A DNA stretch of 64,000 nucleotides, taken from the NCBI GenBank assembly GCA_965248835.1, contig CBDFLJ010000002.1:1088001-1152000 (forward strand). The letters run 5' to 3'. The stretch is from Alphaproteobacteria bacterium. GTDB lineage: Bacteria > Pseudomonadota > Alphaproteobacteria > MPNO01. Shown here one piece after another: positions 1 to 9,684 of the stretch. A program made the position numbers and the translations under genes. Positions within the stretch are counted from its first letter, which is position 1. Each line of letters starts with the position of its first letter. Under the pieces are notes generated by a model, which was given only the letters and a program-made list of their open reading frames with translations, was not told the DNA's origin and ran no database searches.

Positions 1-128
1 TCTCCAACCAGTATCTTGCCCTGGGGCTGATGAACGGCCTTGCGATCGTGGTGCTCGCCATCATCTTCGACCGGATATCGCAGGGGTTCGGAAAGAACAT
101 CCAGAAGCACCGGAGGGAAGGGCATTAG
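1..128 (+). CDS. proW: Glycine betaine/proline ABC transporter permease, C-terminal part (cut by window edge)
   Basis: Frame 3 reads SNQYLALGLMNGLAIVVLAIIFDRISQGFGK...EGH*, with the ProW-type 'GLAIVVLAIIFDRI' C-terminus; lies directly before a ProV-like gene. Confidence 0.8.
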   Translation, partial: SNQYLALGLMNGLAIVVLAIIFDRISQGFGKNIQKHRREGH

Positions 129-1143
129 CGCCGACGTCAAGGTCACGATCAGGAATCTCTACAAGATCTTCGGCCCCCGCGCGTCCGCCATGACGGAGCA
201 TGTCAGGGCCGGGATGTCGAAGGAGGACCTGCTCGACAGGCACGGACACGTGCTCGGCGTCAAGAACATCGACCTCGACGTCGCCGCCCATCAGATCCAG
301 GTCGTCATGGGACTGTCGGGGTCGGGGAAGTCCACGCTGATCCGTCACATCAACCGGCTCATCGAACCGACCTCGGGCGAAGTGTTCGTCGACGGAGAGG
401 ACATCCTCGCCATGAAGCCGCCCGAACTGCGGGAGTTCCGGCGATACACGGCGTCCATGGTATTCCAGCGCTTTGCGCTCCTGCCCCACCGTACGGTCGC
501 CGAGAACGTCGCGTACGGCCTCCGTATTCAGGGCATAGACAAGGGAGAGAAGGCGGAACGCGCCCGGCGCTGGATCGACCGGGTCGGACTCACGGGATAC
601 GAGGACTACTACACAACGCAACTCTCGGGCGGCATGCAGCAGAGGGTGGGCCTTGCGCGCGCACTCGCGACCGACGCCGAAATCCTTCTGATGGACGAAC
701 CGTTCTCGGCGCTCGACCCCCTCATCCGCGCCGACATGCAGGACATACTGCTCGATCTGCAGACCGAGCTGCACAAGACGATCGTCTTCATCACCCACGA
801 CCTCGAAGAGGCGCTCCGAATCGGGAACAGCATCGCGATCCTGCGGGCCGGCGAAGCGGTGCAGATCGGGACACCGCAGGAAATCGTCATGCGCCCCGCG
901 GACGACTACGTCGCCGAATTCATCAAGGACATCAATCGCGGCCGGGTGATCGAGGTCGCCTCGATCATGGAGGCCGAATACGCGAACGGCGCTCCCAAAG
1001 TCGATGCGGGAACCGTTCTGGACGATGCACTGCAGCTCCTCATCGGCACCGGAGCGCAGATCGCGTCCGTGACCCGGAACGGAAAGTCGGTCGGCTCCGT
1101 CCGCCTAGAGCGGATCGCGTCCGCCCTCGCCAGGCCCGATTGA
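124..1143 (+). CDS. proV: Glycine betaine/proline ABC transporter ATP-binding protein
   Basis: NLYKIFG N-terminus, Walker A GLSGSGKS, signature LSGGMQQRV, Walker B ILLMDEPFSALDP, ITHD. Start uncertain: ATT at 124 with GGAGG at 112-116, or TTG at 40. Confidence 0.85.
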   Translation: MSADVKVTIRNLYKIFGPRASAMTEHVRAGMSKEDLLDRHGHVLGVKNIDLDVAAHQIQVVMGLSGSGKSTLIRHINRLIEPTSGEVFVDGEDILAMKPPELREFRRYTASMVFQRFALLPHRTVAENVAYGLRIQGIDKGEKAERARRWIDRVGLTGYEDYYTTQLSGGMQQRVGLARALATDAEILLMDEPFSALDPLIRADMQDILLDLQTELHKTIVFITHDLEEALRIGNSIAILRAGEAVQIGTPQEIVMRPADDYVAEFIKDINRGRVIEVASIMEAEYANGAPKVDAGTVLDDALQLLIGTGAQIASVTRNGKSVGSVRLERIASALARPD

Positions 1144-1164
1144 ACGAAGTTGCGCGTATAGCCC

Positions 1165-1828
1165 GGCATTGTCAGACTAAATGGCCTGGAGCTGCAGAAC
1201 CTTCAGTTGAGGCCCCTTAGGCTGCAAGTTGCCTCTACTCGGCCAGCGCAGCAGCCCGGTCTTGTGTGAAAATGTCGCGGCGGTTGAGATGGCGTTGGTG
1301 GTTGAAATGGTTGTGGATCGAGGCATCGACGGAGGCGAATTTCAGCAGAGTTTTTACGTCCCTGAATTTGGCCATTGCGCGTTCCCGTCGTCGGAAGGGT
1401 CGATGTGAGTTTTCTGCCCGGTTGTTGAGCCAACGCCTGTCCCCCCGGCTGCCCTCGTTGCCGATCACCTTCATCGCTGCCCGGTATGATTGTAGCCTGT
1501 CCGTGACGATCGTGGCCGGCCGGCCATAGCGCTTCATAGCCCGCTTCAGAAACCTGAGCGCGGCTTCGCGGTCCCGCCGTTTCGTGGCAAAAACCTCCAG
1601 GACTTCGCCTTCATGGTCAACGGCACGCCATAGATATGGCAAATGTCGATACCTCGTTCGAAAAGAATGTCTTCGACCTGCCGCAACGACAGCGGATAGC
1701 GGATATACGTCATCACCGCGAGGCGGATTACCTCGGGCGAGCTGTTGAAATAATGGAAGGGATTGTCCATCACTGGATGGTTACGAGAGCTTACTTCACG
1801 GCTCAAGGCGAGTTACTCTGACGGTGCC
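1165..1828 (-). mobile_element. IS6-family element, internally deleted (non-autonomous)
   Basis: Terminal IRs GGCATTGTCAGACTAA (1165-1180) and TTACTCTGACGGTGCC (1813-1828), 13/16 match; encloses IS6 transposase fragments. Confidence 0.85.
1235..1806 (-). pseudogene. IS6-family transposase, frameshifted with an internal deletion
   Basis: N-part 'FNSSPEVIRLAVMTYIRYPLSLRQVEDILFERGIDICH' joins out of frame to 'YLWRAVDHEGEVLE...TDRLQSY...NNRAENSHRPFRRRER'; the intervening WHLDE segment is missing. Confidence 0.85.
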
Positions 1829-2019
1829 CTTCAGCGGCGTTGGACGTCGCGAGGTCAGGGTGGATGTTCGCTTTGACCGCCGCTTCGGTGGAGAATTCGG
1901 CGCATCCGCGTGGCCTCTACTGTGGGCCGCCGTTGCGATAAGGTTACGCGGCGATACCGCTGTCGGCCCGATTTGATCGCGCCGCGAGAACGCCCCGCCA
2001 ACGGCACCGGTGACAGGAA

Positions 2020-2799
2020 ATGAATGTCAAGGAATCCTTCGTCGAGATCTGCGGCTGCCGCGTCCTGCTACGCCGCGCCGGAACGGGGCAGCCGGTTCTG
2101 TTTTTGCACGGCGCCGGCGGCGTGCCGCAATGGGTGCCTTTGTTCGAGCGGCTGGCGGAGCGGTTCGACCTTCTCGTGCCAGATCATCCGAGTTATAGCC
2201 GCTCCGAGACCCCCGACTGGCTTGACGGGGTGGGAGATCTCGGCTTCTTCTATCTCGACTTTTTGAGAGAGCTCAATCTCGACGGCGTTCACGTCATCGG
2301 CCACTCGCTGGGAGGCTGGGTGGCGCTTGAGGCAGCGGTGCGTTCGACCGAAAGGATCAAGATGCTGACCTTGATCGCTTCGGCCGGCATCCGCATCAAG
2401 GGCGTGCCCGCAGCCAACATTTTCTTCATGGACCGCACGCAGCTCGCCCACGCGCTCTACGCCGATCCCAAGCTCTCCGAGGCGATGCTCGCCAACGATC
2501 CGACACCCGAGGAGATCGGCGAGATGGTGACCAACAGCGTGGCGACCGCGCGGCTTGCTTGGCACCCGCGCCTGTTCGACCCCGCCTTGCGCAAGTGGTT
2601 GCGACGCATCGACAAACCGACGCACATCATCTGGGGCGAAGAAGACAGGATAATTCCCGCCGCCTACGCCTCCGAACTCGCGGGACTCATCGACGGCGCG
2701 ACGACGACGACGGTGCCGAACGCCGGACACATGGTGCATGTCGAGGCGCTCGATGCGGTGATGAACGCGCTCGACAATTTCATCGAATGCAACGCCTGA
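2020..2799 (+). CDS. Alpha/beta fold hydrolase
   Basis: FLHGAGG oxyanion motif, GHSLGG nucleophile elbow, WGEEDRI, AGHMVH. Confidence 0.85.
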   Translation: MNVKESFVEICGCRVLLRRAGTGQPVLFLHGAGGVPQWVPLFERLAERFDLLVPDHPSYSRSETPDWLDGVGDLGFFYLDFLRELNLDGVHVIGHSLGGWVALEAAVRSTERIKMLTLIASAGIRIKGVPAANIFFMDRTQLAHALYADPKLSEAMLANDPTPEEIGEMVTNSVATARLAWHPRLFDPALRKWLRRIDKPTHIIWGEEDRIIPAAYASELAGLIDGATTTTVPNAGHMVHVEALDAVMNALDNFIECNA

Positions 2800-2814
2800 T
2801 CGAGGAGACCGGTC

Positions 2815-4026
2815 ATGCTGGTCATGATGTTCCACCTGATGCCCTATCCCGGCCTGCCCGACGAGGTGACGTCGGCGTATGACAGCTACTGGATCACGCT
2901 GCCCAACAGCCAATACGACCGCGAGGTCGGCCACCATATCTACAACCGCTATCTCGACGAGCTCGAGCTTTGCGCGGAGCTCGGCCTCGACGCCGTCGCG
3001 GTGAACGAGCATCACCAGACGCCCTACGGGCTGATGCCATCGCCAATCGTCACCGCCTCAGCGCTGGCGCGCCGCGTCGGCGACCGCTGCAAGATCGCCA
3101 TCTTCGGCAGTGGGTTTTGTCTGCGCGAGCACCCGCTCACCTTGGCCGAAGAGCACGCGATGATCGACACCATAACCGGTGGACGGCTGATCTCCGGCTT
3201 CGTCCGCGGCGTGGGCGCGGAGTACACGTCCTTCGGCGTAAATCCTGTTCGCTCTCACGAACGGCACATCGAGGCACACGATCTCGTTGTGCAGGCGTGG
3301 TCGAAGCCCGGGCCTTTCGCCTTCGAAGGCAAGCATTACCACTTCGAATACATCAACATCTGGCCACGCCCGTACCAGCAGCCGCACCCGCCGATCTGGT
3401 GCCCCTCCCAAGGCTCGTCCGAGACCATCGAGTGGGCGGCCCACCCTGACCGCAAATATGTCTATCTGCAAAACTTCAACCCGTGGGACGCAGCGGTGAA
3501 GTATCTCAACTATTATCGCGAGGTCGCGCAGCGCGCCTACGGCTATGAGGCGACCTCGAGCCAGCTCGCTTGGGGCGCGCCAGTCTATGTTGCCGAGACC
3601 GACGAGCAGGCCATCGATGAAGCGCGCGAGCCTCTCGAATATCTCTTCAACAAGGCGTTCAAGATGCCGGGCGGCATGTTCTTCCCGCCCGGCTACACCT
3701 CGCACGGCTCGATGCGCCAGATCGTGGCGGCCAAGAGCTCGATCATGTCGGCCGGCCGCACGGTCGAGAATCTTGCCCATGTCGGTCTCGCTGTCATCGG
3801 CAGCCCCGAGACGGTGCGCAACCGGCTCATCCAGTGCCATAACGAGCTCGGTTTCCACGCCTTTGTCGCGCTGCTCCACTTCGGCACCATGTCGGCCGAA
3901 AAGACCGAGAACAACATCCGCCTCTTCGCCAAGGAGGTCCTGCCCGCGATCCAGGCGCTCGATGACGGACACTATGCCGGCTTCGAGATGCCCAGCACCG
4001 GCCAGCCGAGCTACGCGGCGGAGTGA
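2815..4026 (+). CDS. LLM-class (luciferase-like) flavin-dependent monooxygenase
   Basis: VNEHHQ, LAEEHAMID, GRLISGFVRG, PRPYQQPHPPIW, GSPETV; GAGGAG RBS. Confidence 0.9.
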   Translation: MLVMMFHLMPYPGLPDEVTSAYDSYWITLPNSQYDREVGHHIYNRYLDELELCAELGLDAVAVNEHHQTPYGLMPSPIVTASALARRVGDRCKIAIFGSGFCLREHPLTLAEEHAMIDTITGGRLISGFVRGVGAEYTSFGVNPVRSHERHIEAHDLVVQAWSKPGPFAFEGKHYHFEYINIWPRPYQQPHPPIWCPSQGSSETIEWAAHPDRKYVYLQNFNPWDAAVKYLNYYREVAQRAYGYEATSSQLAWGAPVYVAETDEQAIDEAREPLEYLFNKAFKMPGGMFFPPGYTSHGSMRQIVAAKSSIMSAGRTVENLAHVGLAVIGSPETVRNRLIQCHNELGFHAFVALLHFGTMSAEKTENNIRLFAKEVLPAIQALDDGHYAGFEMPSTGQPSYAAE

Positions 4027-4283
4027 GTGGTGGGAGCGCTGCAGGACGGGTTTGAAACCCGACCATAATCGCTTGCGATCGTTTTCCCGCTCGCCCGCGT
4101 GCTCACGCGCCGGCCGAGATCCCGATCCATTGGCGAACCAGGGGTTCGTCAATCCGGATGGGTTTGTCGGGGCCGCGGCCGAGAAGATCGTCGAAGCCAG
4201 CAGGGACTAAGCACGGGGCCCACGGTCGGGATTTCCTGGGCTGACAGGGAGCCCATCCAGCCGCCGCCGATTGGCTCCACGCA

Positions 4284-4449
4284 GCAGCTTATTGAATGCC
4301 CTTTCGATATGGTTGCGTTGTTCATCGAGCGCGGTGTCGTGGGGGATGTTGATTTTGCGGCCCCTTTTGCAGGGGATGACGGCGGTTGCGTTGTGGCTTT
4401 CGAGCAATGCCACCGCGTTGCGGCTGTCATGGACCTGACCGGGGCTCAG
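4284..4449 (-). pseudogene. IS5-family transposase C-terminal fragment
   Basis: LSPGQVHD...ATAVIPCKRGRK...HD...QRNHIERAFNKL parallels the C-terminal half of the intact IS5 at 6777-7610 but lacks the ADKAYD segment. Confidence 0.65.
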
Positions 4450-4776
4450 TAGTTCCCCCGAGCAACCTCCTGCAGGATCAGTTTGTCCAGCGTCAGGTGC
4501 GATACCGCCCGGCGCAGACGCGTATTCTTCGCCTCCAGCTCCTCGAGACGCTTGATTTGGTCGGTCTTCAGACCGCCGAACTCCTGTTGCCACCGATAGT
4601 CGGTAACCTCGCTCACCCCGATCTTACGGATCGCGTCCGGAACGCCGCTCCCCTGCGAAACCACAACATCAACCGGCGCAGCTTCGCAATGATCTCCTCA
4701 GGCTTGTATCGGTTCCTTGGCACGATGGTCCTCCTCCATGTTCATACACAACATCAGGGTGGACCACTTCGATGGG
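4439..4776 (-). mobile_element. IS3-family remnant (left end plus frameshifted orfA; orfB lost)
   Basis: GTG at 4723 gives PRNRYKPEEIIAKLR, then a frameshift into VSQG..DAIRKIGVSEVTDYRWQQEFGGLK...LTLDKLILQEVARGNY*, a typical IS3 OrfA. Confidence 0.8.
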
Positions 4777-6776
4777 CTCTTCACGGCCTGCTGACATCGA
4801 TAACGAAAACATCGATCCAGGAGCGCCGTGCCTCGGGCAAGCGATCAATCAACATCATTCGGAGCGCTTCGGGCGTCTCCGGCCGTTCGAGACCCTCCGG
4901 ATGTCCTGGCATCTTCTTCCCGGGAACATCTCCGAACCAAAGCACGACATACACGCCGCGGCCTTCCGCGTGCCAGTCGCGCGTATAGTTTGCGTCGAGT
5001 TGGTCGCTGGCGGCGTCCCACACATCACGATGCCACTGGCCCTTGATCTCAACCGGCAGTCCGAGCGCGTTACGGATGGCGGCAATGTCCGCCCGCGTCT
5101 GGCCGGGCATGTGCATCTCCGGCTCGAATCGGATCGACGGCGGCAACTGACCCGAAATGTGTTCGATGAGGCGGTTACGGCAGAAGTTCTCCCCCCTGGG
5201 CCCGTCCTCGGTCCAATAGGCTTCCCACATGTCGGTGTTGCTGGCTTGCATGCGCTCCTGGAGGGTTTCGATTCGGTCCGCGAAGTAGGCTCGCATGTCG
5301 TCGATGGTCTCGGGCAATCCCCGTGCCATGACGGATTGGAGTTGACCGACCGTGGGAGCAGCATACTCGGAATCCCGTCGGGCCCTGCGTTGAAGCGTAA
5401 GCGCATGCTTCGCCGTATCGGCGTAGGTCGGGACGTGACCCGCGATCAGGTTCTGCAACGCTTCGGTCGCGTCGGGTGACGGGCGAGTGGCGACGGCATA
5501 GATCGTGCGCCTGATGAAGTCGCTTGCGTCCCATGGGTTGCAATCGCCCGTCGTGACGCCCCCGGGACGCTTGATCCAGGGCCAATGCGCGCCGAAAGCC
5601 TCGACGACGAAAACAAGATGGACGAGGGAGAAATCGGCGAAGCGCTCACCGTTCTCCGTTCCGATCCGGTTTCGGATGAACCAGAGGAAGTCCGGATTAT
5701 CGGCGGCGGCCTTATCAAGTTCCTCCCGACGGTCATCGAAGTCGATGACGTAGTCCGCCGACAACCACAAAAGCTCGGTCGCGCGATCTGGGTGAGCGCG
5801 ATCCCGGACGTCGATGAGCAGTGCGCGTACCTCTCTACGCAGAGCGTTCTTGAGCGCAGAGTCCAGCAGTTCTGTCTGGACGTGGAGGTTCAATGCGGGG
5901 TAGCGGCGCAGCCAATCGACCGCGAGGCGGCCGGCCAACTGGGCAAATCGCGGGTCGGTAGCAAGCCGGTGCAGCTCGGTGATATGTCCCATATTGTGAG
6001 CAAGTTGAGGCTCAATGCTTGCGCGGAAATGGTCTTCCCAGTCCGCTTCGTTATTAAACAAGACCGTTTCGAGCGCGTAGCTGATGTCTATCTGTCCCGA
6101 AGCGTTCACCTCCAGCGCCCGGCGCCACGCCATATAGACCGCCGCGAGCTTGGGGCGATCGATCGCATCGATCGGGCGGCCTTGCCGAAGCATCTCGGCA
6201 ATGCCGCAGATCATGGGACCCTCGGCCTCCCAATGCTTATACTCGCAGTGGACTCGGGCGACGTCGGCGGCGCTCGGCAGGTCACTTCTGTCCAGAACCG
6301 CGATGAAGCCCATGAGTGCCTGATCGCCCAATATGTCGCCGAGGAACCCCCGTACTCGTGCCTCCGGCGATTCTGAGCCATCGAACCAACTGCACCGGCC
6401 GAGGTAGATGTCGGCCGGTGCAGCAAGATCTTGGACACTGCCGACGGCGATTTCATGCACCCTCTGGCGGTCGCGATGAGCTTGAAAAATTGCTTGGCGT
6501 TTTGTTTCTCTAAGGGCGCGGTGTCTCTCGTGCTCGATCTTCCATTCGGGCTCCACGACCTCCGTTTCTTCAGCGAGCACGGCCAGCAGCTCGGGATCAT
6601 CATCCGCAATCCGGATGGCCGCATCACGCACAATTTCCGAGATGCCGTCCGGAGACCGACCGAGCCGCAAGATGTGGCGCCATGTATCTGCATCTATCGA
6701 ACCATCACCCGCACGTGCACGCAGGGCTTTCAACACGCCTACGAGATCTTCAGGGGTCGGATACAGGTTGAGATTA

Positions 6777-7610
6777 GGGTCTGTACCTAATTGTAGAATG
6801 TGATTCTCTTGTTGGATTGAATTGTTATGGAGGGGATCGATGGGCGGTGGACTGTTCTGGTTGAGTGAAGGGCAATGGGCTCGGATCAAGCCGCATTTGC
6901 CGCAGGGTCTGACGGGGCCAAGGCGTTCGGACGATCGGCGGATCATCAGCGGCATTATCCATATGCTGCAATGCGGCGCGCGCTGGCGCGACTGTCCTGC
7001 CGCGTATGGTCCGTACACCACCATCTACAACCGCTTCAACCGCTGGTCCAAACACGGCCGCTGGCAGGCGATCTTCGCCGCGCTGGCCGCCAACGCCGAG
7101 GAACCGGTGGCGCTGGCGCTCGATTCCAGTTCGGTCAAGGCGCACCGCTCGGCGGCGGGCGGAAAAGGGGGGAGAAGAATCAGGCCATCGGACGCTCGCG
7201 CGGCGGGCGGACGACAAAAATCCACGCCCTGAGCGATCCGCGCTGCCGCCCGGTGGCGTTCGTCCTGAGCCCAGGCCAGAAGGCCGATATCGCGGCCGCG
7301 GTCGATGTGCTGGCCGTGGCGCCGCCCATGACCGCGCTGATCGCTGACAAGGCCTATGACGGCGATGCGCTGCGCGCCGACATCGCCAGCCGCAACGCAA
7401 CGCCCGTCATCCCTAACAAGGCCAGCCGCATCAATCTCCACCCCTTCGACGCCAAAACCTACCGCGACCGCAACGTCATCGAGCGCATGTTCTGCCGGCT
7501 CAAGGACTTCCGCCGCATCGCCACCCGCTACGACAAGCTCGCTCGAAACTTCCTCTCCGCAGTCTGTCTTGCCGCTATCCTCGCCTACTGGCTCAATTGA
7601 GTCTGGACCC
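6777..7610 (+). mobile_element. IS5-family (IS427-like) insertion sequence, apparently intact, 834 bp
   Basis: IRs GGGTCTGTACCTAATTG / CAATTGAGTCTGGACCC (12/17 match), flanked by TA at 6775-6776 and 7611-7612. Confidence 0.92.
6840..7600 (+). CDS. IS5-family transposase, two overlapping ORFs joined by a -1 frameshift
   Basis: orfA WRDCPAAYGPYTTIYNRFNRW...LDSSSVKAHRSAAG; slippery AAAAGGGGGG at 7163-7172; orfB GRSRGGRTTKIH...ADKAYD...RNVIERMFCRLKDFRRIATRYDK. Confidence 0.9.
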
Positions 7611-9684
7611 TAGTCTCAATGAGTCGATGCGCCGCCATCCAGGCGCCGTCTTCACATGGAGTCAGCAGTACATGTTCAAGAAGTGCCGCGCGGAGGCCGT
7701 GTTCCTTGTGAAAGATCTCTGTCAGCCGATTTCTGGTGTCGTCGTTGTAGCCGTCACTTCCGTCCAGCCAGTCGATCCATGCCCATATGCGCCCCGCTTC
7801 GATCCCTGGATCGGCTTCCAGAACCCGGACCGTAAGGCGTCTGACCAGGTCCGCGAGGTGCGACGTCGCGGAATGATCGGCCTCCCCTATCAACGGCCGC
7901 GCACGTTCGGCCAAGCCGTCGAGCAATGTTGCGAGCTGTTCGGTGTCGAGGTCGCCGAAAAGATGGCTGGGCACATGCCTTATCTCGCGCGATACGGATG
8001 CGGGGCCCTGATTCGCGGCAAGCCCGAAAAACGCCAAAACGACGTCGATGGCAGTTCCAGTGGACACGGTAGGCGCCCCGACACGGGCGAGTACCTCGCA
8101 TGCCAGCCGCGCGGAGTCGGCTTCTTCCATTTCGAGCAGCCGGCGAATGGTCGCTTCCCAATCAGCGCAGGCACCTGTGGCGCATATCGCATCGGCGGCA
8201 CATGACCGTTCCGCAAGAATGCGGTCCCGGTCGAACAAAATCGTCTCCAACGCCGACGCGAGTTCCTCGGCGAGGGCTGTCCCGGCCACCGCTTCGAGTA
8301 GAAGGACGGTAAGTTGCGTATGGAGGCGGGGCGTGCCGATGATGGCAAGGATGTCATCCTTGAGTTCCGCGCACACCAATCCCGATGCAGGGTGCCTACC
8401 CCAATCTTCGGATCTGAAATAGGGGTCTTCCTCGGACAGCTTCTCAAGTGCGGCGAGCAAGGCCCGCGCCTGTTCGAGGCCAAGCGTCTCCGCTTCGCCA
8501 TAGCGCAATACGGCGTAGGGATCGGCGCCAATGCATCGACCGGCCAGGACGGCGCTGAAGTGCGCCATCCATGCGTGCAGGCCACGCAGAGAGGTCGGCA
8601 CACCCTCGCCCTGCCGGAACAGAGCGAAGATCCTTCTCTCCGAGACTTCGTTGTCGAAGCACCGCACGAGCCATTCGGCGCCAAGATATTCGGCGATCAC
8701 GCGATGGATGTGCGTGAACCGGCTCTCGCCTTCGGCCTGAAACAGGCGGGTCCTGAGCGCATCATCAGCGGCCTCACCGAACAGAAGTGCGGCAACATCG
8801 GAAACGTTCACAAAGTCTTCCGGGGTGTTGGCGTATGGACCGGTATACACGCCGATGCGAGCGCATAGCACTTGGGTCGCACAAATCGCGCCGGCGGCCA
8901 GCAGCAGATCCTCATGACTTCTGTGAACATGTGAATCGTCAAGATGACGAGGATTTTTTTCGGAGAGCATGACACGGCAGGCGCGGTCGAACAGTTGGGC
9001 GCGAGTATCGGGAAGTGAGCCATCTTCTTGCGCGACCTCGCCGAGCATTCGCAGAGTCAGTGGATTTTCGTAAATACCTTCAAGCCCGCGGCTCGCGAGG
9101 TGCTCCAGAACGAAGCCCGCATCGACCGTCGGGAATTCATTCGACAAGAAGTCTTGAGCATCGCCATACCCAAAGGGCTGGAGGTGCAACAGCACCGGCG
9201 CTGCACCATAATCATCCTTGATCTGGATGCTATCGGCCGCGCCCCGCCAATCTGCTTCGCGGCAAGAGAGGATGAAAGACGGGTTGCCCATTTTGGATAG
9301 CTGGCTTAGGACGGAATCGACCGCACCCCCGGGGGTGGAAGAGGCGATCTCGTCGAGCCCGTCGACGATGATGCGCTCATCTGCGGGGATCAGAGCCTCG
9401 GGCTTGGCAGTGCGCACGAATGTACCCGCTCGGCAGTACTTCATGCTGGGCAGCTCGCCGAGCGTTTTGGTGAGGACGCTCTTACCCAGACCGGGATCAC
9501 CCAGGATTACGATTGGCTCGGGGATGGCTGCAATCTGGTCCTGATCGATGACTTGCGGCTGTCGGTCGCGGTCCTCGTGAGCCAGTTTTCTCGTGATCGG
9601 GTTCGACATCAGGTTCTTCTATCAGATAAGTTTGCTCATCCCCATGCGGTGGGAATGCGGCCGGAGGATCTTCTCGATCAGGCT

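Larger units (their letters stand above)
4781..9609 (-). pseudogene. STAND/NACHT-type NTPase with C-terminal PD-(D/E)xK nuclease-like domain, interrupted by IS5 (1330 aa when reconstituted)
   Basis: Walker A ILGDPGLGKS, Walker B IIVDGLDE, sensor-like ILSCR, NPLTLRML, FTHIHRVIAEYLGA; C-terminus E..RADI..VEIK..QL..Y. Removing 6777-7610 plus one TA gives in-frame ...RLIET-NLNLYPTPEDL... Confidence 0.85.

Noticed and set aside
4065-4283. Possible gene fragment ending ...GFVNPDGFVGAAAEKIVEASRD*
   Set aside because: No start codon or recognisable family; cannot be supported.
6777-7024. N-terminus of the 747-aa ORF as an independent gene start
   Set aside because: These residues are the antisense of IS5; NTPase-gene sequence resumes only at 6774.
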